64,000 nt of DNA from Fimicolochytrium jonesii (taxonomy: Eukaryota). Both the position numbers and the translations under genes were made by a program. How positions within the stretch are numbered: position 1 is the first letter of the stretch; each line of letters starts with the position of its first letter. Under the pieces are notes generated by a model that was not told the origin of the DNA, did not search any database, and was given only the letters and a program-made list of their open reading frames with translations. This document shows, one piece after another, positions 14,251-26,745 of the stretch. The stretch is taken from NCBI RefSeq assembly GCF_025526975.1, contig NW_026515681.1:124001-188000 (forward strand), given 5' to 3'.

Positions 14251-16894
14251 ATGACCGTCGACCAAGAAGACCTCTCGGAAAGTATGTATAACATGCCCCA
14301 CCTCCCCCATCCCCTCCCGTCTGGCACCTAACAACCCTCATCCCCAGCCGGCGAATACACCGGCACCTTCACAACCGACTTCCACGATGCCTGCCGCCGC
14401 CACAACTGCACCCCGCTCAAACTCCTCAAAATCACGAACCCACTACCCCCGCTGCCGGTTCCCGTAACCCCGCGGCCCCGGTCCGCGGCCGTCGCTAGCG
14501 AGGCTACCCATAATGCCGACACCGGGAATGATCCTACAGTGTCTAGTGAAGTGGTGGACGAGGCAAACGATACGCCGGGGGAGAGGGACTCTACAACGCA
14601 ACCACAGCAGCAGCAACAGCTGAAAGAAGATGACGTGAGAAGGAGAGAGATGAACTATATCTCGCGGTACCAATACACGCCGACGATTTTGATGGAGACG
14701 GGTGAGGGTGAGGAGGAGGAGGAGCTGCAGAGGGTGGAGATTAGGGGGTGGAAGGTTAGAGTGGAGATTGTGGAGGTGTTGGCAAGTGTTGTGCCTGCGA
14801 GTGGGACGATAAGCCAGTTGGTGTGAGTTTCTGTTGTCCTCAGTGATTGGGAATCAAGATTGAGCGGTTTGGTTTGCGACGGTCGCCTGACCGCGAGCGA
14901 AGCGAGCAGTAAATGTGAGCGGCAGCGAACGATCGTGTTCTTTACGCGAGCGGAGCGATGGGGAGCGTAGCGAGGCCCTGTCTTCAACTGCTGTGTACGA
15001 TAGCGGACAGTCGTTTTTATTGTTTTCTGTGAGCGGTGCTTAAACATAAAGAAATCGCGCCTCTAACCACACTTCATCGCATCACAGGCTCTGGAACTGC
15101 GGCCTCACCGCCCAGCACATCCCCCCTCTCAGCACCCCCTCGCTGCTCACGACCCTACGGAGCCTCACCCTCGACCAAAACCCACTTATTCCCGACGTTC
15201 ATTTCGCCGACCTCATTTCGGAGGACTCGCAGATACGGTACCTCTCCCTGCGATCCAACAATATTGGGGACCCGGGCGCGAAGGCGATGGCGGAGATGCT
15301 GAAGGGGAATCGCGCGCTTGTGTCGTTGAATTTGTGGGATAATCGGGTTGGCGCGGAGGGGGCGGAGGCGTTGGCGGAGGTGCGTTTGAGCGTTGTGGTT
15401 GTCATTGGGGTTGGCGCCTGCTGATTGGGCGGTTTTGGGTTCGCAGGCGTTAAAAGTCAATCAGGTGCTGGCTTCCCTATCGCTTGGATCCAATCGTGTT
15501 GGTGATGATGGGGCTGTGGCGATTGCCAAGGTATGTCTTCCTCGCGGCAGGAACGGGACCTACTTGAGCTGTCTGTCTGTCTGTGCTGAAGATACCACCA
15601 TCCCCAGGCACTCTCAAACATTCTCCTACCACACGACGAAATCGCACTACGCCGTAAAGCCATGGAACTCGACAAACAGCGCAAGGAACAGGAAGAGGTA
15701 TGAGAAGTCATACCCTTGAGCTACTGACATGAAGAAACACTCAGTGCTCATTTGTTATATGTATCGCTTTAGGATCCGATAGTCAAGAAACAAAAAGGAG
15801 GACGCGCGTTGAACAGCGGCGGAGCGAACGGCGCGACGGGGCGGAATAGTTCTGCGAAGATGGGGAATAGGTAAACGCCTACTTTTGTGGACACTCACAT
15901 TCACATCACCATCACAGAAAAAAGCAACGTCCCCCTAACCCCCCTTGCACCCCCAGAATAACGAGCTCCGAAAACATCATCAACAACCCCCCGAAAAAGG
16001 ACGCCGCAGCCCCCGACACCAAATCCAAGACAAAAGGCAAAGCTACCACCACAACCACGAAAGCCCCCTCCGACGCCACCGCAACCCCACCCGCCGCCGC
16101 CCCAGCCAAGGCCGCCACAACTGCCACCACAACAGTAACAACCAAGAAAGGCCCCGTAGCCGCCGTAACGGCGTCGGAACCTGCCCCGCCGGCTTCCGCC
16201 TCGGGACCGAAGAAGGGCGCGGCGGCTGCGACGACGACGGTGCCGTCTGCGTCTGTGCCGCCGCCTGTGGAGGAGAAAACGCCGGCGAAGGGCGCGAAGG
16301 GCGGGAAAAGTGCTGTGGCGGCGAAGGCGGGAAAGAAGGGCAAAACCGAAGAAGTCAAAGAAGAACTAGAGGAGGTACGCAAACAAAAACATAAAATCAT
16401 CATGGAATTTCCTTCTTATTGACTGCTCCTCCAATTTTTTATGTTGAAGGTCATTCAGGACCCCCCCGCGCCCCTGGACCCCATGTTCGAGCACGCCGGC
16501 AACTGGTACGTCTCCGGCAACCGCACCCTCAACATCCTCAACCTGTACGCCAACCACATCTCATCCGACGGCCTCAAAGCACTATCCGACGCTGTGGCGG
16601 ATCAGGAAGCGACGAGCGAGCATGGCGAGGGGGGTGGGATTTTTAGGATCAATTTGGCGGTATGTGGAGTTTCAACATGGTGTGGTTTATTGGTGTCTCG
16701 ATGGTAGTTGTTGATTTCTGTTTTTGTAGGCGAACGCGTTTGATATGGCTTCGCCGACTTACGTTCAGCTTATGGCCCTGCTAGCAGCGCGGAACCCGTA
16801 CGCTGCGCAGGAGGATGGGGAGGGTGGAACGCTGGGGGAAGGGGGTGGAGATGGGGAGGCGATGGAGGTGGAGGCGGAGGATGGGGGGGTGTGA
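14251..16894 (+). CDS. Leucine-rich repeat protein, LRRC71-like (multi-exon)
   Basis: GEYTGTFTTDFHDACRR, VEIRGWKV, RI-type LRRs (LSLRSNNIGDPGAKAMAEML, LSLGSNRVGDDGAVAIAK, LNLYANHISSDG); GT-AG introns. Confidence 0.7.
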
Positions 16895-17747
16895 TGTGGG
16901 TGTGGTGATGGGTGATATTTATGAGGTTTTTCTTTTGGAGATTGGATGTAGTTTTGGGATGATGAATGGTTTCGGAAAAGGCTTTGGAATACCCACGGAC
17001 TTTTTTCTGGAGGTTTGGAAAACTGGGCCGGTATGGTCGCGTTGCTCCCACCTCTTTGAACTGTCGGGTTTTCCTTCCGAGCGTCCGTATATGCGCCATC
17101 TCGTGATTCGATATGAACACAGGGCGGGCCGACAGTGCGATGCTGACCGTTCATACTGTACATGTAAAAGGAAAGTAGGTCCAAACATCCTGCGAAATTT
17201 GACGGGTTTCGACAGCGCGCATACTATGAAATCACACAGAGCCCTACTTACATCCTCCTCTCATCAAATCTTCAAGAACCATCCTCCCGGGGGATAGATT
17301 CTCCTATAATCACACATTCCTCTTTCTACTCAGTCCCCGCCTCGGCCGTTTCGGCAGGCATCCTCTGATCCGTTGAGTTCCTTCCACCAAATCGAAAAAA
17401 GCTGCGGAAGTTTAGAGGGCGCAAAGACGCCCCACTCCAACTTTCGTCCTATTTTCCAAATCATAGCGACGTTGTGGCTATCATCTACGACGGCGCGAAC
17501 CGGATGGCCGCACCTATCCGAGTTCCGCCTGGCGCAGAACTCTTCAACGGCAATGACCTGCTGGCATTTGCATGCGAGCCAGACTACCAGGAAATACCGG
17601 TCGGCCCGGCAGCCTGGGCTCAGCACTTGATTTGGAGACTCCGCTTTCGGACTTGACCCTTGAAGCCCGAACCCATAAACTCACCCACACCCTCACCCAC
17701 CCAACATCCACCCAACACCCACTCCCCATCCTCAACAAACAAGCACA

Positions 17748-20229
17748 ATGGCGAAAGGAAAAGCCAAAGTAGTAAGTACTCGAAGCGGAATGGCAGAGGT
17801 GGCGAAGATGCCATCGAGTCCTGTTCCTTTGTATGTCACTTCCGAGTCATGGCTGCGCGCATAAGCGTGGCGTAGTGGTCGACTTGGACCCCTCGCTTAT
17901 CGCCGACCCAGATGCAATCAGCGGATATCCGTCATTGTCTGAGACCCAGCAAGAGGGCGTATTTACACCGAGTATGTACAATGTGCAGTCTCCCACTCCG
18001 TTGCGCTTCGTCACAATTGCGTGGTAAAACTGAGGACTAAATCGGTTCATTTTCGACATCTTCAGAGCATACCTAGCAACCACGCTCTCTCTCTCGCCGT
18101 ACCGGGACGGGCGTTCCCTGGTATTCTTATTCGCAAGACAATCGAAACCGGTGGCATTGAAACCCAGCGAGGGGGACCGTGCATTTCTATCGGGTCCGCC
18201 CAAGTACTCCAAGTTAGACAAGCTCAAGGAAGGATGTTCTGTAATCCCGATGAGGGAGGCGGCGGCAAGCCTGCTGACCGCCGGCGCCGTCTTCGTGACC
18301 CGGGGGGACGGACTCTTGGCCGTCAGCACGCCTGCCGCCGCCCCCTTCATCGGGGTCGCGGCAGGTTTGGCTTGGAAGGATACCGTCTCGTCTGTTGTTC
18401 TTACCATCAGCACCACTACCACTATCACCACGACCTTCGACGAGACGGCAACATTAGCCGCATACCATGCATTCACGGCCGAGGAGGGTCTGCGGTTCCT
18501 GCGCGATTCGTTGGCGTCAGAACGCTTCGCGTTGGCGAAGATGGACCACGAATTCAGAATGGAGCTGTTGAAGCCTCGCTGTCGTTCCCCAAAATGTAGA
18601 TCTTTGTAATAGCTATAGACCTCGTTTGGAACCCTTAATACACGCAAGTCGTTCTGTGATGAATCGCTGTGGGCTCGAAAACTATTGTAGCCTCGAGGCG
18701 AATTTGGCCTCCATATCTCCTTGCTTGAGCGCATGAGAGTTTTGTCTTTGATCTTCATTGCACTTCGAAGAAAGAACGAGAGCAATGATTGCATAGGCAG
18801 AGTAGCGGTTGCTGATGTTTGCGACCCCCGTTATATGACCCTTTCCGGGAGGCACATATACTGTACAGCACGGCCTTTGGCTACAGGGCCTTACTCTGGG
18901 ACATATGGATTGCCTGGTGAGCAGGGAACGGGGGTGACTAGAAATGGGTAACTCGTGCTAAATGTGGGTAGCTCACCTCCAGAACAAGACTTTTTTACAG
19001 CCAAAGTGAACCATTTGATTAACAAACCTAACCCCTTTGCCTTCGGTGAGTCGGCCTTACCCGGCCTCCTACAATCAGGGTCTACCCGCTCCGCTCGGCA
19101 GCTGTCTAACTAGTCTAACCCTAACCCGAGTTACTCACATTTAGCACGAGTTACCCACTTCTAGTCAATCCCGCAGGGAACACTCCCAAAAACGCGTCGT
19201 CAACGCGTAGATTTTGGAAGAGGGGGAGGTTTCCATCAGATTCATACGGCAGGCTTCTGAAGATACATACATGGCAGGCATTTCGTATACGTAGCTAGAA
19301 AGAGAGAGCGAGACCGCAGAAGGCAGCCGACCCCTCGCACACTTCGGGAAAACATGGACAGGCAGCCCGGCCACCTGAGCTCGCCCGTGAAAACAAAAAG
19401 CGATGCTCGACGGTAACTATATCACACCGTCGCACTATACCAGAATGATACTTCCAGCTTACAGATGGGATGTGCTTATACAGAATCAAGATCCTGAGCA
19501 TGGGCGATGCCGGCGTGGGCAAGAGTTGTTTGATCAAGAGGTACTGCGAAGGAAGGGTACGATAAACAGGCCCCGGGATGCGATGTATTGGGGAATCTTC
19601 GCGCTGCTGATTTTCGGATCATGGCCCCCGCTCTTTTAGTTCATTCCAGAGTACGTGTCGACAATAGGCATAGACTACGGCGTCAAAGCAATCACAAAGT
19701 CCAAAGAAGAAGGTATGGTTTGAAAATCCCTCAAATGAAGACATCAACTCCCCTAAACGGTCGAACCGCCATCCCAGTAAAGGTCAATTTTTGGGACATC
19801 GGCGGCGCCCCTTTCTACCACGACATCCGCACCGAGTTCTACAAGGACACCGACGGCGTGCTCGTTGTGTTCTCCGTCACCGACGCATCCTCGTTCGACG
19901 CCATCCCGCGCTGGATGGAGGAGTTGAAGACGTATGGGAATGCGCAAGGAGTTACGGGCGTGCTGGTGGGGAATAAGTGTGATGGGGATGAGGGGGAAAG
20001 GGTGGTGGAGGTAAACAGGGCGAGGGAGGTGGCGAAGGGGTTGGGGTTGACGTGAGTTGTGCGGATGGTGGTTGGCCGGATGTGTAATACCAGGAAGTGC
20101 TAACGCCTTTGCATCCATAGATACTTTGAAACATCGGCAATGGCAGGCCATGCGGTGCAGGAGATGTTTGACTACCTGTTTGATTGCGTTCTGGGCAAGC
20201 TGAAATCTACGGCCGCTTCCTCGGCGTAA
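17748..20229 (+). CDS. RJL/DNAJC27-like Ras-superfamily small GTPase (no J domain); intron 1 17772-19457
   Basis: IKILSMGDAGVGKSCLIKRYCEGR, STIGIDYGVK, NFWDIGGA (no catalytic Q), VGNKCD, YFETSA; no C-terminal prenylation motif. Exon 1 MAKGKAKV is inferred from an in-phase splice. Confidence 0.8.
18930..19172. mobile_element. MULE/Mutator-like MITE (243 bp) with ~48-bp TIRs and a 9-bp TSD
   Basis: Left TIR GGGGGTGACTAGAAATGGGTAACTCGTGCTAAATGTGGGTAGCTC matches the reverse complement of the right end; direct repeat GCAGGGAAC at 18921-18929 and 19173-19181. Confidence 0.85.
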
Positions 20230-20380
20230 TCTGGGGTATTGCAACATCTTCCTATCATTTTATCCGAAACGCATGCCTCATCTTCATCACCGTCAATCAA
20301 ACGGTCATTTTCATGCAATCATCGATGTTCCAACCCCAATGCGTCATAATCACTTGATCTGCCTAGTAAGCGTAAGGCCG

Positions 20381-20879
20381 TGTTCAGGAATGTGCGCATC
20401 TGCCTATGTACCCGCTTTCACTTGATAGGAGGCAATGATGTCGTCTTCAAGATGGCCTGACAGACGGCCTCCAACACGCGTCTCCAATCTGCTTACAGAA
20501 CGCGTTTTGGACTCTGTTTCCGCCCCTTTCCTAACATCTCGCCCACGTTTCCACCCATCTCAGCCACGTTTCCACCAATCTTGGCCAGTTTTCTTTTGCA
20601 GGCCTGTCGCGGGCCATGGTGGCCTGGCTCTGCCACGTTTTCAAGACGCAACCAAATCTCGCAACTTTTGCTCGCCTGAGGTCTATAAAAGAAGGGCCTG
20701 CGACGGCTTCCCTTGCTCACTTTTTCTTCACCAAACCTCGCCTCGCCTTCCTCATCTTGCCACGGTCATCTTTGAACTTCCCTGTTTCGCCTTCAACACT
20801 TCTACTATCTGGTCAAGTCTCTTCATCTTATCCATCCTTTGCCAACTTACCCTCCACCCTCCTTCCCCATCTCTTCACA
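20381..20879 (+). mobile_element. Possible solo LTR
   Basis: ~500-bp non-coding block, TG...CA-like ends, internal TATAAAA (~20684) followed by a pyrimidine-rich R/U5-like tract; flanks AAGGCC/AAGGTC give only an imperfect TSD. Confidence 0.3.
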
Positions 20880-20919
20880 AGGTCACGCCGTCGGGGGCAC
20901 AAGCGATGTTAAAAACACC

Positions 20920-21060
20920 ACTTCGGCTCCCGCTCATGGCCAGCGGTCGTGAGCTCGCCAACTCGACTTCGGCTCCCGTTTTCCAGCAACGGTCGTGAGC
21001 TCGCCATCCAACTTCGACTCGGCTCCCGCTTATCGCCAGCGGTCGTGAGCTCGCCAACTC
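20920..21060. repeat. 3 x ~47-bp tandem repeat
   Basis: Unit (CT)TCGGCTCCCG-variable-CA(G/A)CGGTCGTGAGCTCGCCA. Confidence 0.85.
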
Positions 21061-21564
21061 ACTTATGTAGGCATTCTATATATGCAGGTCGCCGGAAAGG
21101 GCTCGCTCCACTGTCTGCGCGGAGATTGTATCTCTGCACGTTGTACATATACTATCCTTGACCCACCATGGAGATGTTGGTCCTTGATGATAACGTCGCC
21201 AAAGGGACCGTACGGATGTGGCAACTCATCATCCCGCCCATTTTCATTCGGGCCCGGCTGCTCATCGTATACTCATCCAGTAGCGCTTTTCACTAGCTTG
21301 TACTCCGTATTCATCCACTACCATGTTGCATCTATGTCCGCGCTGTCGAAACCTGTCGTTTTCCTGCCATTCGCACGGATATTGGGGATACCAGAAACTG
21401 AGAAGGTCAATGCGTTTGTACGATTCGACTTATTCATCCCAACCAAAGAACATAACTCAAATGTCTAGATTCTACATATTCGCGGGCATGATGAATGAGT
21501 CCATATCGGGCCTTTTGCATCTCGGGTGGCTTAATCTCACGTTCCGGGTGGGCGGACAAGGCCC

Positions 21565-24500
21565 CTACTTCCCAAACGCCTTAAACATCCCCGCAACCTT
21601 CCCCTCCTCGCGCTTCAGTGTAACCCCCGTGACATACACCGCGCCCGCTGCCGCTTTGCCTTTCCCGATATTCGCTAGGAAATCCGAAGAGAGCAAATAA
21701 GTACGACCGGGTCAGTGTACCACCATTGGGCGATGGTGCATACACGTAAAAACTTACATCTCAGCACAGCCAAAGCCGCATCCACGGGATCCGCGCCGTC
21801 CACGGCCAACGCGACGGGTTCAGCGACATACTGGTTGCGCACGAGCACCTGCTGCAGGCGGGGTGTGAAGTCCTGGTTGTTGAGGATGAGGATGTTGGAG
21901 AGTCGGGAGAAGTCTTGGGTGGCCAGGGTGTTGGAGACGCTGAATTCGTTGAATTGGACGGCTAGGGGGGGACACATAGGGGTGGTTAGTTTGCGTGTGA
22001 TCGTCACAAGAAGTCCGGGGAAAATAATCGCAAAACACCTACTTTTAACCTCACAAGGCTTACTAACGGCCTCCCAAACCGGCTTACAATACTTCTCGAC
22101 AACCTTCGCCGCGTCCTTCTCATGTTTATCCACGAGCACCAGCACGCCCTTCGTGATTGCGCCTGGTTCCGCGCCGCCGTACACCGTCCCCATGATGGCC
22201 TCGCTCCATGCGGCGGCTTTGGTTTTTTCTGTGAAGGTGAAGGTTATCTTCTTGAGCTTGGAGCCCGGTTTGGAGCCCTTGCGCGGTGTACAGGCGTGGA
22301 GGACGACGTCAGAGCCGGATGCGACGGCGGAGAGGATGCGGCGGAGTTCCAGGGGAAAGAAGTGTTTGTGTTGTTTGTCTGTGAAGGGTTGGGAAGATGG
22401 AAGTGGTTGTTAGGATTGGGGGGTGGAGTTTATTTGTATGACCGATGTACGGACTTACTTTTCCCTGCTTCCAGGCAATGGAGCTCGATGCCCACGACTT
22501 TCAACTCCAGCTTAGCGTTCTTCCAGGTGACCATGGCGTTGAACTGCATGTACAAACAATCCAAAGCTCAATAACTACCCAAATTGATACACATCGTCAA
22601 ATTCAACCACACCCATGGACCATACCTCCGGGTTCCCGGGGACAACAACCACACTCGACCGTCCCGCATCCACCCCTCCCGCCCTCGCCTTCGCCCCACC
22701 ACCCCACATCGACGCCAAAGACGACACGCTCTTGAACGCCGCTGCAGCAGGCGCGAGGGACTGCATCGACTGCTTCGGCGTTTCAGGTACATGCATCGGT
22801 GGGCGTTCCAGGGATCCTTCGCTGGACCCGATGGCGGCGGCCGCGCCTTGGTCGCTGAAACTCTGGCGAGTGCTTGCGCTCGTGTTCGCGTGTATGGCGG
22901 TAGGCGCGGGCTCGTCGCCGGCGCGGGAGACGGGTTGGACCCCTTTAATGGCTTGGATGTCCATGGCGTTGAGGAAGCGGCTGGCGTTGGGTGGGAGATG
23001 CACAGCCGGGACTGCGGCGGGTGTGTCGGCCGGGGTTACGATAACGGCAACAGGCTCGGTGGGTGCCGCTGACGGTGATGCTGCATTGGCCTTGGGTTCA
23101 CGTTCACGCTCGCGTTCCGCTTCAGCCTCGCGCTCGGCTTTGCGGCGGCGTCGCTCTTCGTCGCGCTCGCGGTCCCGTCGTTCAGCTTCTTCTTCGGCGT
23201 CCTTTCGAGCTTTTTCGGTGGCTGTGGCTTCTTCTGCTTTTCGAGCTGCAGCTGCAGAGGCGGCTTCTCGCTCCTTCGCGGCTTGCTGCTCCGCTTCCTC
23301 CCTCCGGCGCACTTCTTCCTGCTCTTCAACCTGCTTCTTCCGAGCCCGCTCCTTTTCCTCATCTTCCCTCTTCTTTTCCTCCGCTTTCTTGGCGGCAGCA
23401 GCAGCAGCCTCCTGCTCAACGCGCTCCCTTTCCTTCTCCCGCAGTGCTTCCTCCTCCGCAGCCCGCCTCGCATCCTCTTTCTCCAACCGCTCAGCCTCCG
23501 CCTTCATCTTTGCCTGGCGCACCGCCTCAACCTTCACCCGCTCCTCCTCCTCCTTCTTTGCCCGATCCCTCTCCTCCCGCTCAGCCACTTCCTTCGCGAC
23601 CCGTTCCCGATCCTCACGTTCCTTTGATTCCCTCGCTTGAACTTCAGCAGCAGCTATCCTCCGCTCAGCTTCCAAGCGTTCCTCCTCGGCTTTCCGATCC
23701 CGGATCTCAGACTCGCGACGTTCGTGGTCTTGAGACTCGAGACGTAGTTGTTCCTGCCGACACCGTTCGGCTTCACGAACTTCCTGCTCGTGCCGTTGGC
23801 GTTCCTGTCGTTCAGTTTCAGCCCTCGCAGTAGCAGCAGCAGCAGCAGCAGCAACCCGCTCCTCCTCCGCACGGCGAGTCTGCTCAGCCACGGCTTTCTC
23901 AGCTTCAGCAGCAGCACGCTTCTCCCGTTCGGCCATCTCAGCCGCCTCCTTCTCCTTCTCCATACGCTCACATTCAGCCTCCTCTTGCTTCCGTCTCGCC
24001 TCTTCCGCTGCCGTGAGTTCCGTGGTAGGTCCACCGGGCGAAACCCCCTGATCGCGAGCGGGGGAAGAAGCGACCTGCGGGCTCGTAGGTGACGTAGGGC
24101 CTGCATCCCCACCTTCCTTTGCCCTCTGCTCCCTCCTCAATCTCCGCATCTCATCGCGTTCCCGATCTCTCCGTTCTTGCTCGTCCAATGCTTCGGTGGA
24201 TGTCTTTGCCGCGGCGGAGTCAGCGAGCGGGGTGGTATCACTGGATTCAATCGCGTCCGTAGCAGACACATCTGCTTTGACTTCGTTTTCCTCGATAGCA
24301 TCCGCGTGCTTCGTTTGCTTTTCCTCAACAGCATCCCCACGCGCCTCGGTGCTCCTCGACGCCCGCCTCGCCAACGACGCATGGAATCCCAGTTTGTCAA
24401 TGGACAGTGAGCTCCGTTTCTCCCCTTTCTCACCCTTCTTCTTCCCCTTTTCTTCCGCCTTCGCCCTCTTCGCCTCCTCCTTCTCCCTCCTATGCACCTC

Positions 24501-26479
24501 CTTCTCCCGCTCCTTCTCGTCCCTCTCGACCTTCTTCCTCTCCCGCTTCTCCTCCTCACTCTCCTTCAACGAGTCGCGGCTCTTCTTGAAGAAGGACGCG
24601 ACGGTGTGTTTTGTGGAGGATAGGACGTTGCTGCTGCGTTTGGAGAGGACGGAGGGGGTCAGGGATTTGATGCTGCCCGTGGGGGAGCGCCGGTGGAATC
24701 CGAGGTCGGCGAGGCTGTCGCCGCCGTGGAGGGCGTCGGGTTCGTCGGGGTCGGTGGTCGAGAGGTGGGGGTGGGTTATGGGCTCTGGAATGGCTGGAGA
24801 TGCCACGTCGTCGTCGTTGACCGTGATGGCGGGGTTTGAGATAGGGTGTTGCGCGATAGTGGCGGATCCGGGGCTCACGGCGGCCGCATGCAGAGTCGAT
24901 TCAGCCATCGCAGCCCTGCCAAGAGAAGGAGAAGTGACATTGACATTCGGGACCGGCTCGCTAGCCTTCCGCACAACATGATCAGCCTCACTGTCCCTCG
25001 CCGGTTTCAGCCTAATCGGGGACGCGACGGGGATCACTTCGCCCGCGCCGCCTTTGACAGTCGCATGCCCGACTGCCCTCTGCTCGCTAGCCTTCAAATC
25101 AGCTTCCGCTGCTTTCTCCAATTCCAGCTGTTGCGTTTGCTCGGCGACAGTGCTTTCTTGTCGGCCCCAGGCAGAGTAGAGCCGCTCTTTCTCTTGTTGG
25201 AGCCATTCGTCGTCTTCTTCGCTGTCTGAGGCCAGTTGGTCTGCGGAATCCGTCACAGCGATGGATTCAGTTGATGCGGCTATTGGAGGCGCGATTTGTT
25301 TGACTGGTGATGGCGGAGCAGCGGTAATGTGTGTAGATGGACTGACGACTGGAGATACTGGCAACGCCACCTGGGATGGTGTTTGGGCTTTGTTGGGCAA
25401 TGGGATGGCCGCGTTGGTGACAGATTTGGCTATTAGTGGCGCATGGTCTCTGGGTGTTGTTACAGTATCAGGCTGTGTGGCGATGTTCAACGTCGGTTCT
25501 CTGATCGCGGGCGCAGATATCATCGGGGTAGCGATCCTCGCATTGTCCTTAATCGGTGACATGCTTGAAGGACTTTGGGCCGACACGCCAATCTGCTCTT
25601 CCTTCAAAGCCGGCATAACATTCTTCTTCACCCTCTTCCTCTTCGGCACCGGCTTCAAGTACCTCAACACATAATCATTCGTCAGCTCCCGTTCCCGTTT
25701 CCGCCACTCCTCCGTCGATTTTCTCGCCGTCTGCACTACAATCGGCGGGAACACCTCACACGCGTTGCGCCAGGTCCCGTAGCGCACCGTGCGGGGGAAC
25801 GTCGGCGGGAGGGCCTTGTGCTTGCTGGGATTGTACACGGGTCGGTCGGTTGGGGCCGCCATGCGTGGTTTGGCGAGCGGGGGGATGGGAGGAATGTACT
25901 TCATGTTGATGATGTCGATGCCCCAGTCGGTTAGAATGATGGTGCGGTCGTCGGCGGTTTCTGCGTCTGAGGGGTTCCGCGGTTTCTGCTGGATATGAAA
26001 AACCCACATCAGCTTCTCCAACTCCGATATATCACATATCCAGCGACCGTACTCACGCCAGAAAGATCGGTATTCGAACTCGTCGGACTCTTCTCCCTAT
26101 ACCCGCTCCCGCTGCCAAACGACGCGGGACTCGCCGCCAAAGTTTTCCGCATCTGCTTGGCCAACGGGTCGTTCCCCCTCCGTCTCCGCCCCGACGCGCC
26201 TTCCTCTCGAAGCAGAAGCTCGGTGATGGGGTCGTTGTAGATGGCGCGGGGGATGACATCGTGTTCGTAGTCAGTCTCGCGTGGTGGGACCTGAAGTCAG
26301 GGGATGGAGTAAGTGAAGCTCGTCATTATGGAAGGCGCTCAAGTATGGACGGCCCGAGCTTCATCCCCCAACTTTTATCCAAATTCACATACATCAGCCC
26401 GCTCCGTATAGGTCCCTATCCTCGGCGGGACCTTCGCGCTGAACTTGAAAGGCCCAATGCGGCCGGAGATGACTGTCAT
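21565..26479 (-). CDS. Large hypothetical protein: long E/K/R/A coiled coil plus C-terminal PH-like and DAG/sphingosine-kinase-like segments (multi-exon)
   Basis: 1148-aa open exon (22575-26021); GT-AG-flanked exons upstream (MTVISGRIGPFKFS...|VPPRETDYEHD) and downstream (...FTFTEKTKAAAWSEAI...VLVLVDKHEKDAAKVVEKYCKPVWE...FKAFGK*). Confidence 0.7.
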
Positions 26480-26745
26480 AGCCCAGTCCGCGGGCGGCGT
26501 GGTGATTTGTGCCATTCCTCGTCGTCAACCCGTCGCAAGCAAGAACGATTACAACACGGGTCTGGTTGAAGGAATGGGGAGTCCACCTGCGAGAGCATGA
26601 CTGTGCGGTGCCCCATGGGTGGCAACTGCGGTAGGGGGGGAGCGCCAGCAGTGCGCCGGTGGGGTTAAGATTGCGTCTATTCCGTTTTGGAAGATGGCGG
26701 AGGAGCGCTTCTGCAACTGGCGTCTGTTCCCACCGACCCAAAGCA

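Noticed and set aside
20920..21060. CRISPR-like array
   Set aside because: Eukaryotic context, only three units, variable parts too short to be spacers, no cas genes.
22584..25998. Long plus-strand ORFs
   Set aside because: Antisense shadows of the 1148-aa coiled-coil exon.
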